Positions 59,105 through 64,000 of a stretch of DNA of 64,000 nucleotides are shown piece by piece. Made by a program: the position numbers and the translations under genes. Location: contig PWOI01000196.1 in the NCBI GenBank assembly GCA_003557485.1, positions 7,782 through 71,781 of the forward strand, in the 5' to 3' direction. This DNA comes from Elusimicrobiota bacterium (lineage in GTDB: Bacteria > CG03 > SLGR01 > PWQF01). Position 1 is the stretch's first letter. Every line of letters starts with the position of its first letter. A model generated the notes under the pieces. That model searched no databases. It saw only the letters and a program-made list of their open reading frames with translations, and was not told the origin of the DNA.

Positions 59105-60471
59105 ACTTCTTGCAGATTGTGCTCTATTCCGTCTTTAAGACTCTTGCCTTTGTTTTCAGTTATGTTCCAGCAAAGAGTTCCTATTTTGCAGGCCGGCTGC
59201 TGGGGAGGCAGGCCTTTTATATTCTGACGGGAAGAAAGAGTATAACGATTGATAATCTAAGGGAAGCTTTCCCGGAAAAGGATTATAACTGGTGTTACAG
59301 AACTGCGGGAAAGGTTTTTGAAAATTACGGTCTCAACCTGATGAAATTCTTAAGGTTTGCCCTTAACCCTGTTTCGTGCAGCGTTAAAACACACGGCATG
59401 GAAGTACTCGGGGGTCCTTCCCCGAAAATAATGCTGGGTTGCCACCTGGGCAACTGGGAAATAGCCGGGATGGCTGTTGTGGCTTCTGGGTATGAAATAT
59501 TTCCCGTTGCCAAAAGAATACATACTCCTGCTTCCCAGAAACTTGTAGACGGTTTAAGAAAGGCCTTCGGTGGTGAAATGCTTTCCGATCGCGGCGGCAT
59601 ACGGGCTGTTCTTTCCAGGCTGCGCGATGATAAAACCGTCTATATTCTTTTTGACCAGAGGATAAAAAAAGGGATGCCGTTTCAGTTTTTTAACCGTCCT
59701 GTATGGGGGGCCCATACGGTTTCTCTTCTTCAAAGGAGAACGGGAGCCGATATTATTCCGTGCTGGAGCCGGTCCCGGGGAGAATCCGTAGAGGTTTATT
59801 ACGGGCCTGCTTTTAAAATGATTACGGAAGGTGACCCCCTGCGCGCAGATTTAATCAATACACAGAACCATTTTTACTGGCTGGAAGATAAAATCCGCCG
59901 TGACCCGGCGCAGTGGTACTGGGTGCACGATATGTGGAGGCCGCGCAAAAGGGGCTGGAAAACAGTTTTTCTTGACAGGGACGGCACTCTTAATGTTGAT
60001 AAGGGGTATGTTTCTAAAAAGGAGGAACTTGAGTTCATGCCCGGAGTATTTGAAACTCTGAGAAAACTCAGAAAAGCCGGGTACCTGCTGGTAATAGTTA
60101 CAAATCAGTCAGGGATAGCAAGGGGCTATTACTCCGAAGCGGATTATATTAAGTTCAGGGATTATTTTCTGGAACGCCTCTTTAAGGAAGGGGTAATAAT
60201 AGACAGGACCTATCACTGCCCTCACCATCCCGACGACGGGTGCTCCTGCCGCAAACCTGAACCGGGAATGCTCCGGAGGGCAATAGATGAATTGAGGGTA
60301 AGCACTTCCCAGAGTTATATTATAGGGGACAAAACGAGCGATGTTCTTGCAGGCAAAAATGCAGGGTTAAAAACAATAGCCGTAGGGAGAGGAGACTTTA
60401 AAGAGGCAGAGCCGGATTATAAGGTTCTTTCAATCCAGCAGGCCGGGAAAATCATTCTTGAGAATGATTAA
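59101..60471 (+). CDS. fusion protein: lipid A late acyltransferase (LpxL/HtrB family) + D,D-heptose 1,7-bisphosphate phosphatase (GmhB, HAD family)
   Basis: N-terminal ~290 aa with LpxL/HtrB acyltransferase features (NC-x4-E-type region ...MLGCHLGNWEIAG...). C-terminal ~170 aa HAD domain (VFLDRDGTLNVD, VTNQSGIARGYY, GDKTSD) with the GmhB zinc motif CPHHPDDGCSCRKP. Confidence 0.6.
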   Translation: MNFLQIVLYSVFKTLAFVFSYVPAKSSYFAGRLLGRQAFYILTGRKSITIDNLREAFPEKDYNWCYRTAGKVFENYGLNLMKFLRFALNPVSCSVKTHGMEVLGGPSPKIMLGCHLGNWEIAGMAVVASGYEIFPVAKRIHTPASQKLVDGLRKAFGGEMLSDRGGIRAVLSRLRDDKTVYILFDQRIKKGMPFQFFNRPVWGAHTVSLLQRRTGADIIPCWSRSRGESVEVYYGPAFKMITEGDPLRADLINTQNHFYWLEDKIRRDPAQWYWVHDMWRPRKRGWKTVFLDRDGTLNVDKGYVSKKEELEFMPGVFETLRKLRKAGYLLVIVTNQSGIARGYYSEADYIKFRDYFLERLFKEGVIIDRTYHCPHHPDDGCSCRKPEPGMLRRAIDELRVSTSQSYIIGDKTSDVLAGKNAGLKTIAVGRGDFKEAEPDYKVLSIQQAGKIILEND

Positions 60472-60477
60472 AAAATA

Positions 60478-61449
60478 ATGCTGTCTTTTATTTATCGAAT
60501 TTTAGTTTCTCTTCATCGCAGGCTTACCCGCAGCCGCCATTCGGGAATCCCGGTTATAAGTGTGGGTAATATAACCGTAGGGGGGACAGGAAAGACCCCC
60601 GTAGTAATGAAAATAATAAAAGATATCGGTTTCCGCACGCCTGTTGCGGTTGTATCGAGAGGATACGGAAGAAAAACATTCCGCATGAAAAAAGTCGGTC
60701 TGCGTGACAGTTACCGCTATACCGGTGACGAACCGCTGCTTATTAAGAAAAATTTTCCGGGAGCTCTTGTAATAGCCGCGAAAAACAGGTACAGAGGCTC
60801 ACTCTTTGCAGCAGAAAACGGCGCGGGGGCAGTTATACTTGACGACGGATTTCAAAGCTGGGAGATAGAAAGAGACCTTGAGATAGTCCTTATCAATGCG
60901 CTTTCTCCTTTTGGCGGCGGAAAAATTCTTCCTTCGGGGAGGCTTCGGGAACCCCTTTCCGCCCTGAAGCGTGCGGATTTAATCGTTGTAACTAAATGCA
61001 ATTATGTTACGGCCCGGCGCATGGAGGAAATCAAGGGCAGGATAAGGTGTTATGCTCCTTCGTCCGGGATTTTTTATGCCCGGGAAAAAGTGCGCAGTTT
61101 CGGAAAAATATTTGATAAGGATGAACGCCCGGCGGAATTTTTTGAAGGAAGAAAAGCAATCTGTTTTTCCGCAGTGGGGGATAACAGATCCTTCCATAGC
61201 CTTCTTGAACAGTACGGGCTGGATATAATTGAAAAAATAGAAAAAATAGACCACTATAGATGGAAAGAAAACGAAATAAAAAAAATTGTTGAAAGATCAA
61301 AAGCACTCGGGCTGGATTTGATAACAACTGAAAAAGACGCCGTCAAGCTGCTTTCTTTTGAGCCTTTCGAATGCTGGTATACTAAAATGGAAACAGAGAT
61401 AAGTGAAGAAAAAAAATGGAAGGAAAAAATTTATGAAGTTATCAGTTAA
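60478..61449 (+). CDS. lpxK: tetraacyldisaccharide 4'-kinase
   Basis: PVISVGNITVGGTGKTP P-loop and conserved LpxK core (VSRGYGR..., DDGFQ). Confidence 0.8.
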   Translation: MLSFIYRILVSLHRRLTRSRHSGIPVISVGNITVGGTGKTPVVMKIIKDIGFRTPVAVVSRGYGRKTFRMKKVGLRDSYRYTGDEPLLIKKNFPGALVIAAKNRYRGSLFAAENGAGAVILDDGFQSWEIERDLEIVLINALSPFGGGKILPSGRLREPLSALKRADLIVVTKCNYVTARRMEEIKGRIRCYAPSSGIFYAREKVRSFGKIFDKDERPAEFFEGRKAICFSAVGDNRSFHSLLEQYGLDIIEKIEKIDHYRWKENEIKKIVERSKALGLDLITTEKDAVKLLSFEPFECWYTKMETEISEEKKWKEKIYEVIS

Positions 61450-62197
61450 ATACAGGCTGCTGGCTTTCCTGTTTTTTATAACAGCATTTATGCCGGCCGC
61501 CGCTTATAATTCTCCGCGCAGAAGCCGTTTGCCCTTTGCGGTGGGTGAAAAGCTTACATTCTCCGTCCGTTGGGGCGTTATCAGGGCAGGTGTTGCCACT
61601 CTTGAAGTCAGGGAAAACTTTAAACTTGCCGGCAGGGATACTTTCCGGATAGTGCATACCGCCCGCAGCGCAAGGTTCTTTGACCCGTTCTACCGGGTGC
61701 GCAACCGTATTGAGTCTTATATAGACGCCCGTGAACTCTATTCCGTGCGTTATGAAAGGACTATAAGAGAAGGAGGCTACAGCAAAGACGGACTTATAAT
61801 ATACGATCAGGAATACGGGAGGGCTTACGAAGACGGACATATGTTTGAAATAACAGAGGGAGTTCAGGATGTTATTTCATCTTTTTACTTTCTTCGTACA
61901 ATGGAGCTTGAAGATGGAAAGATATACGAATTTGACGTGGGAAGCGATAAAACGGTATGGCCTCTTGAAGTGGAAGTAATAGGAAGGGAGCGGATTACCG
62001 TTCCGGCCGGAACATTTAACACAATCCTTGTTCAACCCAGAATTCTGGAAGGAGAAGGAATTTTTAAACACGAGGGTGATATATTTCTTTGGCTGACAGA
62101 TGACGAGAGACGAATTCCTGTTATGGGAAGAAGCGAGATAATAGTCGGTGCGGTTACAATTCTGCTTACCGATAAAAAGCTTCCCAGGTTGAGATAG
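61433..62197 (+). CDS. hypothetical secreted protein (DUF3108-like beta-rich domain)
   Basis: Signal peptide (LLAFLFFITAFMPAAA). No catalytic motifs. Start placed at MKLSVKY, 17 nt before the lpxK stop. Confidence 0.4.
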   Translation: MKLSVKYRLLAFLFFITAFMPAAAYNSPRRSRLPFAVGEKLTFSVRWGVIRAGVATLEVRENFKLAGRDTFRIVHTARSARFFDPFYRVRNRIESYIDARELYSVRYERTIREGGYSKDGLIIYDQEYGRAYEDGHMFEITEGVQDVISSFYFLRTMELEDGKIYEFDVGSDKTVWPLEVEVIGRERITVPAGTFNTILVQPRILEGEGIFKHEGDIFLWLTDDERRIPVMGRSEIIVGAVTILLTDKKLPRLR

Positions 62198-62295
62198 CCG
62201 GTAATTGCGCCTGTTTGCTTTTTTGCCGTCAAATAAATACAATTAGAAGACAATGGCCCGGATGGGGTTATATAGTTATTTACAGGTATTAAAGA

Positions 62296-62934
62296 ATGCA
62301 GATTGAATATCTTGCCGTACTTATATCAGCATATCTTATAGGCTCTATTTCATTTGCCTATATAGTAGCAAGGGTTGCTGGGGGAGTTGATATAAGAAAG
62401 GCCGGCAGCGGTAATGCCGGAGCAAGGAACGTGGCCCGCTGCCTGGGAGCAAAATACGGGTTTTTAACAGGTTTTCTGGATGTTTTAAAAGGGGCATTGC
62501 CTATGGCTCTTCTTACAAGTCCAGCCCGGGAGTATTCTGGAAGTCTGGCCCTTGCGGCAGCATGTATGCTGGTTGCAGGGCATAACTGGCCTGTTTTTCT
62601 TGGGTTCAAAGGCGGGAACGGGCTTGCGGTCTCGGTAGGTGTTATGCTGTCATTGGTCTTCCGGATTGCCTTTTTTCTGCTGGTCTTTACTCTTTTTACG
62701 GGTTGGCTCAGTACAAAGATAAAGCCCGTAGCCGAATTTGCATCTCCTGTTGATATAGAGGCAATAGTCGGTTATATCCTTTTTCCTCTGGTTCTTATGG
62801 TTTACGGCGCTGAGCCCTGGATAGTAGTTATGCCGTTGATTTTAGGTGTTATTATGCTGCCTACGAGGATATCTCATATAAAGAAAGCTGAAAATGAATC
62901 AAAAAACACAGTTCCCGCCAGGAATACTGAATAA
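62296..62934 (+). CDS. plsY: glycerol-3-phosphate acyltransferase PlsY
   Basis: YLIGSISFAYIVAR...RKAGSGNAGARN...HNWPVFLGFKGGNG conserved PlsY motifs. Confidence 0.8.
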   Translation: MQIEYLAVLISAYLIGSISFAYIVARVAGGVDIRKAGSGNAGARNVARCLGAKYGFLTGFLDVLKGALPMALLTSPAREYSGSLALAAACMLVAGHNWPVFLGFKGGNGLAVSVGVMLSLVFRIAFFLLVFTLFTGWLSTKIKPVAEFASPVDIEAIVGYILFPLVLMVYGAEPWIVVMPLILGVIMLPTRISHIKKAENESKNTVPARNTE

Positions 62935-63877
62935 ATTTAAAGAATACCGGATTCTTGTCGCCGGCGACCTTATGCTTGATAAGTTCATAAAAGGTAGCGT
63001 TTCAAGAATTTCTCCCGAGGCGCCGGTTCCTGTTATAAAAATTGATTCCGAGAAAAATGTTCCCGGAGGAGCCGGAAACGTGGCTTTAAATCTTGCATCT
63101 CTGGGTTCCTGTGTCTACATTGCTTCCGTAACAGGGGATGATTATTACGGCAGAAAGCTTCAGGAGAGGCTCCGAGAATCCGGGTGCAATACTGACAGTA
63201 TATTAAAGGACCCCGGCAGGCCTACAATAGTTAAAACCAGGATTATTGCAGAACATCAGCAGGTAGTGCGTACCGACCTTGAAACCGAAGGAGAAATTTC
63301 CGGGGAAGTTTCCGATAAGATTATTGAAAGTATATCTTCATATTTTAATGAAATAGACGGTGTTATAATTTCAGATTACGGCAAAGGCTTTGTTACGGAA
63401 AAGTTCATAAAGAAAATATTGAAGCTCGCATCGCGCAGAGATATACCCGTTGTAGTAGATCCCCAGGTAGGCCATTTTTTTGAATACAAAGGGGTGACGG
63501 CAGTTACTCCGAATACAAAAGAGGCTCGTGAAGCCCTTAAAACTGAAATTAAGAATAAGGAACAGCTTATTAGCGCAGGAGAAAAACTTTTAAAAAAGCT
63601 GGCGTGCCGGACAGTTATAATTACCCGCGGAGAAGAAGGCATGAGTGTTTTTGAAAAAGGAAAATCTCCCTGTCATATTAAAACCGCTGCAAGAGAAGTA
63701 TATGATGTTACCGGAGCAGGTGATACCGTTGCGGGTGTATTTACGCTCGGGATAGTCGCCGGCCTTTCAATGTCTGATGCTGCCAGGCTTGCAAATTGCG
63801 CGGCTGCGGTTGTTGTCAGCAAGCTGGGAACAGCCCAGGTTACAATTGAGGAAATAGAAAAAGAGATGCCCCTGTGA
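62894..63877 (+). CDS. hldA: D-glycero-beta-D-manno-heptose-7-phosphate kinase (RfaE domain I type, PfkB family)
   Basis: ILVAGDLMLDKF...VSRISPEAPVPV...DVTGAGDTV motifs of HldE kinase domain/HldA. A separate adenylyltransferase gene would be expected elsewhere. Confidence 0.75.
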   Translation: MNQKTQFPPGILNKFKEYRILVAGDLMLDKFIKGSVSRISPEAPVPVIKIDSEKNVPGGAGNVALNLASLGSCVYIASVTGDDYYGRKLQERLRESGCNTDSILKDPGRPTIVKTRIIAEHQQVVRTDLETEGEISGEVSDKIIESISSYFNEIDGVIISDYGKGFVTEKFIKKILKLASRRDIPVVVDPQVGHFFEYKGVTAVTPNTKEAREALKTEIKNKEQLISAGEKLLKKLACRTVIITRGEEGMSVFEKGKSPCHIKTAAREVYDVTGAGDTVAGVFTLGIVAGLSMSDAARLANCAAAVVVSKLGTAQVTIEEIEKEMPL

Positions 63878-64000
63878 ACAAGAAAGCGGTAGCAATAATT
63901 CCTGCCCGCCTTGGTTCAAGGCGGCTTAAAGAAAAGCCTCTGGCCCTCATATCCGGGAAAACACTGATAAACAGGGTATACGAAAGGGCTGCAAAACTTA
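63874..64000 (+). CDS. kdsB: 3-deoxy-manno-octulosonate cytidylyltransferase (CMP-Kdo synthetase), 5' partial
   Basis: GTG start overlapping the hldA stop. N-terminal KAVAIIPARLGSRRLKEKPLALISGKTLI matches the KdsB/NeuA nucleotidyltransferase N-terminus. Truncated by the window end. Confidence 0.6.
   Translation, partial: MNKKAVAIIPARLGSRRLKEKPLALISGKTLINRVYERAAKL

Overview
The window is a densely packed, almost entirely plus-strand stretch of a diderm (LPS-producing), apparently anaerobic fermentative bacterium. Overlapping stop/start codons and TTG/GTG starts are common, GC content is mid-range, and no mobile elements, CRISPR arrays or tRNAs were found. The content falls into six blocks.

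1. **Glycoconjugate module, 0-5.4 kb.** GT2 DPM1-like transferase, TPR protein, WecA/MraY-like transferase, a UDP-galactopyranose-mutase-like flavoenzyme and a GT4 transferase.
2. **Central-metabolism island, 5.4-18.3 kb.** A LeuA/Re-citrate-synthase-like HMGL enzyme with an unusual C-terminal Cache/PAS-like domain, malate dehydrogenase, an archaeal-type LeuC/LeuD pair, a bona fide isocitrate dehydrogenase and a split class-I fumarase. These are followed by ndk, ackA and a three-gene NuoE/NuoF/(NuoG-Nterm+GltD) flavin-FeS complex resembling Sporomusa-type Nfn (Stn).
3. **Lipid synthesis and Bcd/Etf, 18.3-28 kb.** rpmF-plsX-fabHDG-acpP-fabF-rnc, translationally coupled to an acyl-CoA dehydrogenase and EtfBA whose alpha subunit carries an N-terminal ferredoxin domain.
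4. **Housekeeping, 28-36 kb.** A SpoIID-like protein, queA, tgt and yajC-secDF.
5. **Split methionine synthase, 35.8-38.8 kb.** A separate MetH reactivation domain followed by a short MetH.
6. **Large LPS locus, 38.7-64 kb.** DUF374+waaA, two GT9 heptosyltransferases, many GT4/GT2 transferases, two O-antigen-ligase-family proteins, a PAP2 phosphatase, an LpxL-GmhB fusion, lpxK, plsY, hldA and kdsB.

The most unusual content sits in the LPS locus. There is a tandem-duplicated Kdo/WaaP-type kinase. There is a family of three paralogous small P-loop proteins of unknown function, one of them split by a frameshift at a T7 homopolymer. A reverse-oriented sulfotransferase plus membrane methyltransferase pair is inserted among them. 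A low-GC sub-island carries a GT4 gene and a WaaL-like gene.
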